DNA of 64,000 bases, taken from the NCBI GenBank assembly GCA_963677595.1, contig OY782041.1, forward strand, positions 1,472,001 to 1,536,000. Direction: 5' to 3'. This document shows, piece by piece, positions 10,019 to 19,873 of this stretch. Position 1 is the first letter of the stretch, and each line of letters starts with the position of its first letter. This stretch comes from Spirochaetia bacterium (GTDB lineage Bacteria; Spirochaetota; Spirochaetia; CAKZLE01). Made by a program: the position numbers and the translations under genes. The notes below the pieces were generated by a model, which was not told the DNA's origin, searched no databases, and saw nothing but the letters and a program-made list of their open reading frames with translations.

Positions 10019-11186
10019 AACTCACCCCGGTTTGCTCCGTATAGGCATCGATCAGGGGAAGGATCTTCTCACGTTTCTCACCTCTTGCCTCTTCGTAATA
10101 GACACCGCCTAGGCAGCAGCCGGCGAATCCGCCGGAGACGATCCCCAGGATCGCGGCCTTCGTGAGTGACGGAGCCGCCTCCGGCTCCTCCATCAGCTGC
10201 AAGGCTGCTGAGGTATAGACCCCGCCGGTGAAGTTGTCACCGCAGCCGGTCGTATCAGCCTCCCCGGCTTCCTTAGCCCGCATCCACCGGGTTGCCTCGT
10301 CAGAGACCGGCATGGTGAAGATACCCTGCTCCCGGAAGAGTGACCCATCGGAGAAGCAGGTAATATCCTTTGCCCCATCGGTGATGATGCCGCTCTTCAC
10401 CCCGGCTTCCAGGAAGAACCCTGCAGCTGAAGAAGGCTCATCCATCCCGGTGATCCTCCTCGCCTCCTCATGGTCGACGATGATCAGGTCGATTAACGAG
10501 TAGTCCTCCACCAGCGGCCAGAGGGCATGTGAGTCCCGCTTCTCATTCCTGAAGTCGTAGACCGTGTTGATGAAGTTCAGGCAGCCGTTCTCCTTCCCTT
10601 TTCTCATGAACAAGCTCAAGTCATCATGGATGCCCGGGGTCAGGGCAGTGCCTCCGTAGATGAGGATGTCTGCATCGAAGAAGGAGTCAGGAAGGTCCTC
10701 CTTCGTGTACTCACCTGCAGCCCCGATGTAGTTGATGAAGGTCCGCTCCCCATGGCCGTCATGCATGGAGGGATCCGACAGAACATCGGTGAAGGGGGTT
10801 CCCCCCTCCCTGATCAGGTAATTACTCACATCCAGGTCGAACCGGGAGAGGTTCTCCTGCAGGTACCTGCCGGGTCCATCATCGGACCGGGCACCATAGT
10901 AGGCTATCTCAAGATCATCTGCCAGCTGTGACATATGGATCAGGGCGACGATTGCCGGCCCCCCGATGTTCCGCTTTGGGGACAAGCCCCCGGCCAGCTT
11001 CCCGATGATCTCCGTATAGGGTATCCCGAACGCCTCTTCCAGGTCTTCCCCGAAGACAAGCCCCCCGGTGATGAGACCCGCCTTGCTAGTTCGGCCTGCC
11101 TCCCATGATGTATATGCTCCAGAACTGAAATCGACCGGTGTATAGAGATTATCCACCAGGGAACAGCCCAGTCCGTGTATCCTCAT
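10011..11186 (-). CDS. PfkB-family carbohydrate kinase
   Basis: GG motif, ERTF, and the DTTGCGDNFTGG anion-hole signature; SD-supported start at 11186. Confidence 0.85.
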   Translation of the reverse strand: MRIHGLGCSLVDNLYTPVDFSSGAYTSWEAGRTSKAGLITGGLVFGEDLEEAFGIPYTEIIGKLAGGLSPKRNIGGPAIVALIHMSQLADDLEIAYYGARSDDGPGRYLQENLSRFDLDVSNYLIREGGTPFTDVLSDPSMHDGHGERTFINYIGAAGEYTKEDLPDSFFDADILIYGGTALTPGIHDDLSLFMRKGKENGCLNFINTVYDFRNEKRDSHALWPLVEDYSLIDLIIVDHEEARRITGMDEPSSAAGFFLEAGVKSGIITDGAKDITCFSDGSLFREQGIFTMPVSDEATRWMRAKEAGEADTTGCGDNFTGGVYTSAALQLMEEPEAAPSLTKAAILGIVSGGFAGCCLGGVYYEEARGEKREKILPLIDAYTEQTGVSYA

Positions 11187-11218
11187 GACTACTCCTTCTT
11201 TGTATGTTTCACTGCACA

Positions 11219-11250
11219 CAGTCTCCCCGGCCAGTCAGCCGGGAAGGCTG
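11219..11250 (-). other. Intergenic stem-loop after the isomerase gene
   Basis: CAGTCTCCCCGGC-CAGTCA-GCCGGGAAGGCTG imperfect inverted repeat. Confidence 0.5.
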
Positions 11251-11260
11251 TACTAAGTGA

Positions 11261-12292
11261 CTATCCCTGCAGGAGGAGCTCCAGCACGTACATCTCCAGT
11301 GCTTCGTAGTTACGCTCAGCGACCAGTCTCTTCTGGAGTTCGTAGTCGAACTTGTCCACTTTCCTCTCCAGCATCCTGAAGGTCTTCAGGCTGTTCTCGA
11401 TATGACGATAGGAGTCCTCGATCTTCTGGGTCCTCATGACCTTCACGTCCAGGCCGACATACTCGCCCTTCGAACCGTAGCCGTACTCCTTGAGTACCTT
11501 GACCTGGTTGAAGGCCTGTCGGATGTTCTCTGCCCCGAACGACTTGTCCTGGTCATACTTCATGCCGTTCTGGTCATTGAGGTGAACCCCGAAGAGTTTT
11601 CCCATCGCGAGACCGAAGGCGATCTCATTGGCAGGGTCAAGCCCTGCCAGGATCGCATGGGCAGACTCCAGCAGTCCCCCTACCCGTGCAGGAGCCTTGC
11701 TCGCTGCAGACACTGCCATGACATGTCCCATGGTCGGGCAGAAGCTCCGGTCGATCGGCTCATTCGGCTTCGGCTCGATGACCACCCGGATGGCCGGGTC
11801 ATAGTCAAGCATCGCATCGATCGACTCGATCAGTCTCTTCGTCCCAAGGACCGGATCCTTGCTCTCTGCACAGAGCGTACCTTCACGAGCCAGCCAGAGC
11901 ACGATCATGTCGGTTCCCAGCTCTTTCGCGATATCGATCGAACGGAACGCCCTCCACATGGCGAACTCCCTGTCTTCCTTGCTGTTGGAGGTGAACCCGC
12001 CGTCAGTAGTATGGGGATCCATCCACAGCCGCGGGGCGACGAACTCAGCTGCCAGCCCCTCGGTATCGAGGAGGCCCTTCACATCACGGGCATAGGCCTT
12101 GATCTGCTCCTCGGTCATGTCGTTCATCTCAGGCACTGCATCATCGTCATGGAACTGTACTGCAGAGATCCCGATCTCCTTGAATTTCTTGATCTTCTTG
12201 TCAAACGCTATACTCTCTCGCACTTCTGGACCGAAGGCGTCTGCACCTTCATGCACATTCCAGGGCCCTACGGAAAACTTGAATTCTGCCAT
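11261..12292 (-). CDS. xylA: Xylose isomerase-like TIM-barrel enzyme (short, class I-like)
   Basis: QFHDDD, WLAREG, EPKPNEP, ESAH, HLNDQ, YDQD and DVK catalytic/metal motifs. Confidence 0.75.
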   Translation of the reverse strand: MAEFKFSVGPWNVHEGADAFGPEVRESIAFDKKIKKFKEIGISAVQFHDDDAVPEMNDMTEEQIKAYARDVKGLLDTEGLAAEFVAPRLWMDPHTTDGGFTSNSKEDREFAMWRAFRSIDIAKELGTDMIVLWLAREGTLCAESKDPVLGTKRLIESIDAMLDYDPAIRVVIEPKPNEPIDRSFCPTMGHVMAVSAASKAPARVGGLLESAHAILAGLDPANEIAFGLAMGKLFGVHLNDQNGMKYDQDKSFGAENIRQAFNQVKVLKEYGYGSKGEYVGLDVKVMRTQKIEDSYRHIENSLKTFRMLERKVDKFDYELQKRLVAERNYEALEMYVLELLLQG

Positions 12293-12405
12293 ATATGTAT
12301 CCTCCAGGATTATTTTTCTTCATGATATGCCCGGGCAGTGGATAGCGCTATGTCTTAGTTGCTCCTAATAGTGGACAATCTTGCGATTTGCGATAGAATA
12401 GAGAG

Positions 12406-13341
12406 ATGAGCCATAAACAATTCGATTTCTCCCAGATCTCCTATGAGTATGTGCATCACGAATCGTCCCTGCCCTTCAAGGTATTCTTCATCTCCATCGG
12501 GTTCAGGGGGTTCCACTGGCACAAGGACATCGAACTCATCCTCGTGCTCAAGGGGAAAGTAGACTTCATCACGAAGGACGGGGTACGTCACCTCCGTGAG
12601 GGGGATCTCCTCCTGACGAACCCGAACGATTTCCATGGCCTCGTGCAGGGGAAGGAGGGGAACCTGCTGCTGGTGCTGCAGGTCGATCCCGACCTCTCAG
12701 ACGGCTACCACAAGAACCTCAGGAACACCCAGTTCAGGCTCTCCCCCGACCAGGACAGGACCAGCAGGCAGTATACAGCCATCTGCAAGGCCCTTGTCAG
12801 GATCATGATCGAGGTGCTTGAGAAACGGGAGGGATTCGACTTCTTCTGCATGGGAGAGGTCTACTCTATTATCGGGCTAATATCACGGTATTACCCCGAC
12901 CCGGAGGCCGGGACAGACAAGGACCGGGAAAGCTGGAACCGGGCATCCCGGCTGAAGAAGATGCTGAACTACATCAATGAGCACCACCAGGAGAAGATAA
13001 CCCTCGATGATCTTGCCGGTACGCTGGGGCTGAGTCCATACTATGTCTCGCACCTCATGAAACAGTACACCGGCTACTCCTTCCAGGAGAACCTGGGACT
13101 GATCAGGACCCAGCATGCGATCAAGCTCATGATGAACTCGGACAACCGATTGATAGACATCGCGATGGAGGTAGGGTTCTCGGACATCAAGTACTTCAAC
13201 AAGTACTTCAGGAACATCTTCTCGATGACACCAAGAGAACTGAGGAGACTCGACAACTGGCAGAGACTTATAGCAGAGGACCATAATATGGCGGAGGAGA
13301 GTACAGAGAGGCTGCTGGAGATCATCCGGGAATATCTGTGA
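12406..13341 (+). CDS. AraC-family transcriptional regulator (cupin + HTH)
   Basis: FHWHKDIE cupin; C-terminal LIDIAMEVGFSDIKYFNKYF...TP. Confidence 0.92.
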   Translation: MSHKQFDFSQISYEYVHHESSLPFKVFFISIGFRGFHWHKDIELILVLKGKVDFITKDGVRHLREGDLLLTNPNDFHGLVQGKEGNLLLVLQVDPDLSDGYHKNLRNTQFRLSPDQDRTSRQYTAICKALVRIMIEVLEKREGFDFFCMGEVYSIIGLISRYYPDPEAGTDKDRESWNRASRLKKMLNYINEHHQEKITLDDLAGTLGLSPYYVSHLMKQYTGYSFQENLGLIRTQHAIKLMMNSDNRLIDIAMEVGFSDIKYFNKYFRNIFSMTPRELRRLDNWQRLIAEDHNMAEESTERLLEIIREYL

Positions 13342-13362
13342 TTGCGCTATCCCGGGTACTAC

Positions 13363-14382
13363 CTAGTACTTGACTACACTATTGCGTTGGATCAACTCAC
13401 CTTCGAACAGATATGAATCTTTCTCGAGTTTCTCATTATTGATCAGTCTTACCAATAACTCTATCGCAAGGATTCCCATCGCACTCTTATCGAACTCAAT
13501 GGTAGTCAGATTGGGCTCGATATACCTGCTTAATATGATATTATCCATTCCCATAACTGAAATATCTTCAGGAACCTTAAGCCCTTTCTCCTTTATGGCT
13601 TTGATAGCACCGATTGCATAGATATCTGCAGCACAGAAGACAACAGACGGCAATTCGTTTGTCTGCAGTATTTTGTTCATACATTCATAGCCGGTATTCT
13701 CATCAGAGTCTTTTGCACTGGTCTGTACCCAGGAGAACGGTATATCAATTTGGTATGTTTCCAGCACAGAACGGAACCCCTGGTAGGTCAGAAGCCCAAA
13801 ATGGCTGCTGCTGTCTTCGCCAATATAGGCTATCCTCTTATGCCCCAGGGACAAGATATATTCCAATGACGTGACAGTTCCGTGTATGTAGTCAGCTTCG
13901 ATCGAGATATTCCCTCTCTCAAAATGGTGCTGGTCTATAAGGACCAATGGGATCTCATATCGTTGCAGGCAATGGTAAACTTTCGGATCGATCTCCCCTA
14001 AGATGATTATCCCATCAACATCATTGTTCTTGACGATATCGGGGACTTCGGGTTCCTCGGTTTCTGTTTCAACCGTTGCGAAGATGAAATTGTACCCCAA
14101 CTCGGCACTCTTCGCTACAGTTGCAGAGAGGATGTCGAAATGGAACAACTGGCGCAGCGGTGTTCGTTTGGGATTATACAACATCCCAATGTTATTTGTA
14201 TGATTGAGCAGAAGTCGTCTTGCCTGTTGGTTTGGAACAAAATTCAGCTCCTTAACGACTTCAAGTATATGATTGCGAGTCTTCTCGCTAATACCTTTTC
14301 TATTATTCAGGGCTATAGATACAGCCGAAGGAGATACTTTTGCATACTTTGCTACATCTTTGATGGTAAGCTTATTCTTCAT
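13363..14382 (-). CDS. LacI-family transcriptional regulator
   Basis: TIKDVAKYAKVSPSAVS HTH; VPEDISVMGMDN...PNLTTI. Confidence 0.93.
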   Translation of the reverse strand: MKNKLTIKDVAKYAKVSPSAVSIALNNRKGISEKTRNHILEVVKELNFVPNQQARRLLLNHTNNIGMLYNPKRTPLRQLFHFDILSATVAKSAELGYNFIFATVETETEEPEVPDIVKNNDVDGIIILGEIDPKVYHCLQRYEIPLVLIDQHHFERGNISIEADYIHGTVTSLEYILSLGHKRIAYIGEDSSSHFGLLTYQGFRSVLETYQIDIPFSWVQTSAKDSDENTGYECMNKILQTNELPSVVFCAADIYAIGAIKAIKEKGLKVPEDISVMGMDNIILSRYIEPNLTTIEFDKSAMGILAIELLVRLINNEKLEKDSYLFEGELIQRNSVVKY

Positions 14383-14499
14383 AGTCTCCCTTTTCTGTAT
14401 TAGCGATTAATACAACGATTACTTCAGTTCCCTTTTTACTTTATTGATATCTTAGTATATCCTGACACCACAAGCAAGCTCAGGGACAGCTCACAATAC

Positions 14500-15642
14500 C
14501 TATCTGAGGGTAATCCAGGCTTCCTCACCTACACTTTCCAGGATAGATTTCAAGATACGCATCTCCTCTGCCCCAGTCCTGAAGGTAGGTCTATGCCCCT
14601 GTGAATCCAGTTCATGGGTAACGAGATGGCTATAGAAATCCCGGAAGAGATTCAACACCGCATCATTATAGCCAAGCGGGTGCCCTGCAGGCAAAGATGC
14701 GAATCTCTTTACTGAGTCATGCATGAGCTGAGAGTTTTCTAGTAAGATCTCATTCGGCTTATCACGATGGCCAATCCACAACTCCTGTGGATGGAGATGA
14801 GACCATGCATAGGTGCATTCACTCCCTGCGATCATGAACTCAGGAGATGATTTTATCCCATTGCATACCTGGGAAGTCGTGAAACTTCCCGGTGCTCCAT
14901 TTGATAACCTGAACTGAACCGATGAGTACTCTTCCAGGCTTATATCGACCAGCTCTGCTGATGCATCGGTACTTTCTGAGAAGGCCAACACCTCACCAGT
15001 GTTTGGTTTTTGCCGTTTGGGGATGATCGTAGCAAAATCACCACGGACACGATCGACTGACAAACCCGTAAGGTATTGGACGAGATCAAACCAATGGCTC
15101 CCTAGATCTGCTGTGATATTTGATTCTCCACTTCGTAATGGATCAAGCCTCCAGGAATAGTCCGTACTCTTGGAAAGCCAATCTTGGAACCAGGTACCCG
15201 TCACGACCCTCACATCACCACACTCACCGTCAGCAATACGTGCCGCCAATTCCTGAATCACCGGATAATAGCGATAGCAGAAGTCGATGCCGGTTATGAT
15301 AGATTTCTGTTCGCTGAGATCTGCGAGTTCAGCAGCTTCCTCATAGGTCATGGCAAGCGGTTTCTCCGATAACACAGGCTTGCCTTCTAATAATGACGCC
15401 TTGTTTATCTCAAAATGGAATCTGTTAGGGGTGCAATTATGAATAACATCAATTGACGGGTCATAGACGATCTCACGCCAATCAGCAGCTATCTTTTCTA
15501 TACCAAATCTCCTTGCACACTCAGCTGCCAAGGCCTGATTTGTGTCTGTTATGATGGCAACTGTTACTCCCTCTACCCGTGCCAGGGCTTCAAGATGCAC
15601 CTGCCCAATATACCCATTCCCAATAACACCAACACGAATCAT
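14500..15642 (-). CDS. Gfo/Idh/MocA family oxidoreductase
   Basis: VGVIGNGYIG, CTPNRFH, EKPLA, DLGSHWFD; SD-supported start at 15642 or 15648. Confidence 0.92.
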   Translation of the reverse strand: MIRVGVIGNGYIGQVHLEALARVEGVTVAIITDTNQALAAECARRFGIEKIAADWREIVYDPSIDVIHNCTPNRFHFEINKASLLEGKPVLSEKPLAMTYEEAAELADLSEQKSIITGIDFCYRYYPVIQELAARIADGECGDVRVVTGTWFQDWLSKSTDYSWRLDPLRSGESNITADLGSHWFDLVQYLTGLSVDRVRGDFATIIPKRQKPNTGEVLAFSESTDASAELVDISLEEYSSVQFRLSNGAPGSFTTSQVCNGIKSSPEFMIAGSECTYAWSHLHPQELWIGHRDKPNEILLENSQLMHDSVKRFASLPAGHPLGYNDAVLNLFRDFYSHLVTHELDSQGHRPTFRTGAEEMRILKSILESVGEEAWITLR

Positions 15643-15668
15643 GATCATTCCCCTTTCTTTTTCTTTAT

Positions 15669-16532
15669 TTAACTTTTGACAGCCCCTGCAGTGAGTCCGC
15701 CGATCAGATGTTTGCTCAACAAGATAAAAACCAGGACCACTGGGATTGAGGTGATGACTGAAGCCGCCATCATCTGTCCCCAACTGATGGAAAACTGTCC
15801 AACAAATGACTCAATAATGCCGGCTGGGATAGTTCTCATAGACGGTTTGTCCATAAGCGTCAGTGATATAACGTACTCATCCCAACATTGAATGAAAATC
15901 ACAACTGCCGCAGCACTCAACCCGGGTCTCACATTTGGAAGCACCACTTTTATCATAGTCTGCATCCGGGTGCATCCATCAACCTTTGCCGCATAATCAA
16001 GCTCGAATGGGATCGAATCAAAATACCCTTTCAGCATCCAGAGGGAAAACGGCAAGGAAAACATCAAATACGCAAAGATCAACCCAGGGAAGGTACTGAC
16101 AAGGTTCAGGTTCAAAAAGCTTTGATACAACGGGATGAGGATAAGTACGATGGGGAACGTCTGTGAGACTAACACAAAATTCTTAAAGAACCGTTTTGCC
16201 TTGAATTGTATCCTTGATAGTGCATATGCCCCAGGCGTAATCACGACCAGCGTAACGGCAACCGTGAGAACGGCTGTTATGAGGCTATTCCTGAAATAGG
16301 TGAGGAAGTGGACCATCTGTGATGAATCACCAAACAGGACATCTGTATAGTTCTGGAAATACCATCTATCCGGGACCAGTGAGGGAGGGATGGTGAAGAT
16401 CTCTACCTGGGTCTTAAACGATACATTGATCATCCAGTAGATCGGAAGCAGACAAAGTCCAAGGAGTACCAACACAAGCATACCCCTCAATACCTTCCTG
16501 GCTTTTTTCAGTATACATTGTGTTCTCATCAT
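15669..16532 (-). CDS. Carbohydrate ABC transporter permease (MalG-like)
   Basis: TM helices and EAA-like loop IPFELDYAAKVDG. Confidence 0.92.
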   Translation of the reverse strand: MMRTQCILKKARKVLRGMLVLVLLGLCLLPIYWMINVSFKTQVEIFTIPPSLVPDRWYFQNYTDVLFGDSSQMVHFLTYFRNSLITAVLTVAVTLVVITPGAYALSRIQFKAKRFFKNFVLVSQTFPIVLILIPLYQSFLNLNLVSTFPGLIFAYLMFSLPFSLWMLKGYFDSIPFELDYAAKVDGCTRMQTMIKVVLPNVRPGLSAAAVVIFIQCWDEYVISLTLMDKPSMRTIPAGIIESFVGQFSISWGQMMAASVITSIPVVLVFILLSKHLIGGLTAGAVKS

Positions 16533-17440
16533 ACATCCTCATTCCCGACCACTCGAATATAGATTGCACTGAACACAATCAGGAAAACCATCCAGAAGAT
16601 ACCGATCGCTGATGAGTAACCCATGTTCATACTCCCCTTGAACGATGATCGGTAGATCAATACCGGAAGGGTCGTAGTGGCATCCACCGGTCCGCCTTTG
16701 GTTGTGGACCAGATTATGGTCATATACTGAAACATCCAGATGAACTCCAGGATCGTTGCCAGCGTGATGATCTCTCTCAAGTTCGGCAGCGTGACATGTA
16801 TGAATCTTTGGATCACATTCGCCCCATCAATGGTGGCTGCCTCAACCTCAGATACCGGGATTGCCTGTAATCCGGCATACATGAGTACAAACATGAACGG
16901 GAACATCTTCCATATGGTTGCAGCCAGAATCGAAACCCGTGCCAGGTTGGGCTCCTTGAACCAGGGTAAGAATTCGTCAATGAGTCCCAACTGGCTGAGC
17001 ACCACATTGACGATCCCGTTGTAGCCATCAAAGAAGAGGAACTTCGCAATCAACGCTACAACAACAGAGGGGATGATCCAGGAAACAAAGAAAAGACTGT
17101 TTATGATATTCTTCCCCGGCATCTGAAAATTGATCAGGAGGGCTAATGAGAACCCGATGATGAATTCTCCCAGCACACATCCTCCAACATAGAGGATTGT
17201 CTGGAGAAACGCCTTCCAGAATGCAGCATTACTGAACATCCTGATATAGTTGGTTAGACCAATGAACTCCATTCCACGACTATCAGTCAGAAAGTAGCGG
17301 AAGAAGCTTGTATATATGGCTTTACCCAGCGGGACCACCATGATAAAGCAAACCACAACGACTGTCGGCAGAAGCAGGATGAATGCAAACATCTGATCTG
17401 ATGCCTGAAACTTCTTCCTGCTGAGTACTGGTGAATCCAT
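16529..17440 (-). CDS. Carbohydrate ABC transporter permease (MalF-like)
   Basis: FIGLTNY, AGLQAIP...EAATIDGA, GGP. Confidence 0.92.
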   Translation of the reverse strand: MDSPVLSRKKFQASDQMFAFILLLPTVVVVCFIMVVPLGKAIYTSFFRYFLTDSRGMEFIGLTNYIRMFSNAAFWKAFLQTILYVGGCVLGEFIIGFSLALLINFQMPGKNIINSLFFVSWIIPSVVVALIAKFLFFDGYNGIVNVVLSQLGLIDEFLPWFKEPNLARVSILAATIWKMFPFMFVLMYAGLQAIPVSEVEAATIDGANVIQRFIHVTLPNLREIITLATILEFIWMFQYMTIIWSTTKGGPVDATTTLPVLIYRSSFKGSMNMGYSSAIGIFWMVFLIVFSAIYIRVVGNEDV

Positions 17441-17465
17441 GTTGATCTCCTTGGCACCAATCTTG

Positions 17466-17503
17466 GCAACTCTATACTATCATATTATATAGTATAGAGT
17501 TGC
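17466..17503. other. Perfect 15-bp stem-loop between binding-protein and permease genes (mRNA stabiliser or attenuator)
   Basis: GCAACTCTATACTAT-N8-ATAGTATAGAGTTGC. Confidence 0.7.
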
Positions 17504-17512
17504 TCATAAGCA

Positions 17513-18775
17513 TTATTCTTTTATCATTTCTTCTAGATTCATCTGCAGAGCATTGAGCTCAGCTTCAGTACTATTCATACCTAACAGTATGGACTGGATC
17601 GACTGCATACACGTTATTTCAAGCTCAGTCTTCTTCTGAAGCATCCATACGTTTGGATTCCTTAGATTTGCCATAGCTTCAAGGCTTACTTTGGCAGCTG
17701 GATTATCATAGATATCCTTTTCATAATAGCTTGCAATAGAGGGGAGAAGACCGGTCCCTAGATAATATTCGGAAGTCAACTCTTCGTCAGAGGTGATAAA
17801 CTTCATGAGGTCCCAAGCCAGGTTCTTATGCTCGGACTGTGCGGACATCGCAAGAAAGTGTGAACACGGTGTTGATTTACCCGGAACTGGTACGACGCCC
17901 CAATCATCACTGTTCATTCCCATCCCATCAAGGACACCTGTGATCCATGGCCCTTCCAGGAAGAACCCGACTTTTCCTTGTGCGAACAGGGTTCGTAAGT
18001 TCCTCACCTCTTCCCCAAAAGGTACGACTCCTGTATCGACGAGTCTCTTTACCATATTTACGGTTTCAATCATTTCAGGACTGTTCACAACAGGTTGTAA
18101 GTCGTTATTGAACATATCTGCATTGTTCATCCAGGAAACAATATGGAAGAAATCTGCAGAGTATTCATCTATGCCCAGCTGGAGACCTAATCCAAACACA
18201 TCATCGCCAAGATCGCTAATTGCCTGGGCTTGGTCTAACAGGTCTTGAAGGTCTGTCGGATTACCGGAAACGCCTGCTTGTTCAGCCAATCTCTTATTAT
18301 ACACAAGGAACATAGGGTTTGGGTTCCAGACCAACGCAGCCATTCTTCCATTCATCATACCACTGTCCACCGCAGATGCGATCTCTGCAGCAAATTCAGG
18401 ATCCCCCTTCAGATACGGGGTCAGATCCTCAACACAATTCGGCATAGACTCAAACTTCCCAAGCCACAACGATTCGATAGTGAAGATATCGGGCATGTTC
18501 TTGGCGATAGTCTGCTGAACGATCTTATCGGGAGTATCTTCCCAAGCCAGCGGTACGATCTCTACCGTGACCCCTTCATGCATCGCTTCCCATTCTTTCA
18601 GCTTTTCGGGCAGGATCTTCTCACCCCCGGAGGCTTCCGCAAGCATCCAGCTCGCGAACTTCAACGTGATCTGTTCTTCCTTCTCAGCGGTTCCCTGTGC
18701 TGAGACGGCAGACAACCCAATAACGAGACATACCACTACAGAGATCAATAGCCTAGATACCCCTTTCCAACTCAT
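17513..18775 (-). CDS. Sugar ABC transporter substrate-binding protein (family 1)
   Basis: Signal peptide, PDIF, LVYNKRL, FAQGKVG...GPW, AWDLMKF; SD-supported start at 18775. Confidence 0.9.
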   Translation of the reverse strand: MSWKGVSRLLISVVVCLVIGLSAVSAQGTAEKEEQITLKFASWMLAEASGGEKILPEKLKEWEAMHEGVTVEIVPLAWEDTPDKIVQQTIAKNMPDIFTIESLWLGKFESMPNCVEDLTPYLKGDPEFAAEIASAVDSGMMNGRMAALVWNPNPMFLVYNKRLAEQAGVSGNPTDLQDLLDQAQAISDLGDDVFGLGLQLGIDEYSADFFHIVSWMNNADMFNNDLQPVVNSPEMIETVNMVKRLVDTGVVPFGEEVRNLRTLFAQGKVGFFLEGPWITGVLDGMGMNSDDWGVVPVPGKSTPCSHFLAMSAQSEHKNLAWDLMKFITSDEELTSEYYLGTGLLPSIASYYEKDIYDNPAAKVSLEAMANLRNPNVWMLQKKTELEITCMQSIQSILLGMNSTEAELNALQMNLEEMIKE

Positions 18776-19048
18776 CTGTTCTCTCCTTTTCTCATAGGAC
18801 ACACCTATACGTACTATATCCTTTCATATATCACCTGGTACGTATGATATTGAAAGCCCGTCCCCAACAGCTTGTACAGCAGCAGGCAATCCCATGTTAC
18901 ATAATGCGGCTTAATAGGATACCCCAAATGGCATCTCCTAGGAAGGCTCCCTATTAATCCTTGTGCTTCAGTGAATCACTACTCCTATACAGCATCATTA
19001 CAATCCAGCCCATACTATCGATCACACTATTCCCGTTATATTCAGCAT

Positions 19049-19861
19049 TCACTCATTGAAATAGTTGATGACCTCCTGCAAAGATTCCCCGGAGGGCAGT
19101 ACAGGCCAATATTCCAAACCGAAGTATCCTGTATATCCAAGGTGTATGATTTCATTCACTATGTATTTGTAGTTCAATTCATTGTTCTCCAAAGGCTCAT
19201 GCCTGCCGGGAACGCCTGCTATATGGAAATGGCCAATCCATTCAATATTGGATCTGAGGAAATCAACAATATTCCCATCCATGATCTGCATATGGTAGAT
19301 GTCATAGAGCATCTTCACATTGCTAAGATTGACCCTCTTGAGTATCTCTATACTCTTGTGTGGATCATCCAAATAGTAGTCCGGATGATCTGTTCTGGTA
19401 TTGAAGGCTTCCAGTATGATATTCATACCATGCTGCTGACATATGCTCCCGATATCAGAGAGGGCCTCAACCATGGCATCATCAGCCTCATCATCTGGCA
19501 ACCCAGCTATGGTATTACCGCTTCCACTTATAAAATTCGTACATCCTATTTTCTTTGCCAAGCCGATCATCTCTTCGAGGTTATCAAGGATCCGCTGCTT
19601 CTCCTCACGTTGTATCAGGGCGGCAATGATTCCCCCATCGGGATGATTCAGTACGAAATCCACGGTCTTCAGTCCATACTGTTCATTCAACTCAGCTATG
19701 TGTCCAAAGTCCTTCAATCCCGGTTCCAAGCCATTCTCGTCAAACCACATATCATGGAACCAGAATTCATATGCTGAAAATCCTATATCACGTATCGCTT
19801 TCAGTTTTTGATCAATCGTATAACCAGGGAAAAAAGGTTCTATGCATACATCCAAATTCAT
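19049..19861 (-). CDS. Hydroxypyruvate isomerase-like TIM-barrel sugar isomerase/epimerase
   Basis: EFW, LEAFN...DHPDY, LYDIYHMQI, PGRHEP, GLEY. Confidence 0.88.
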   Translation of the reverse strand: MNLDVCIEPFFPGYTIDQKLKAIRDIGFSAYEFWFHDMWFDENGLEPGLKDFGHIAELNEQYGLKTVDFVLNHPDGGIIAALIQREEKQRILDNLEEMIGLAKKIGCTNFISGSGNTIAGLPDDEADDAMVEALSDIGSICQQHGMNIILEAFNTRTDHPDYYLDDPHKSIEILKRVNLSNVKMLYDIYHMQIMDGNIVDFLRSNIEWIGHFHIAGVPGRHEPLENNELNYKYIVNEIIHLGYTGYFGLEYWPVLPSGESLQEVINYFNE

Positions 19862-19873
19862 AGCGGTTCCTCC

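Noticed and set aside
14500-15783. Long N-terminal extensions in the ORF track (also at 23051-24343, 39677-41086 and 57485-58327)
   Set aside because: They overlap neighbouring genes; downstream SD-supported ATGs match the family N-termini
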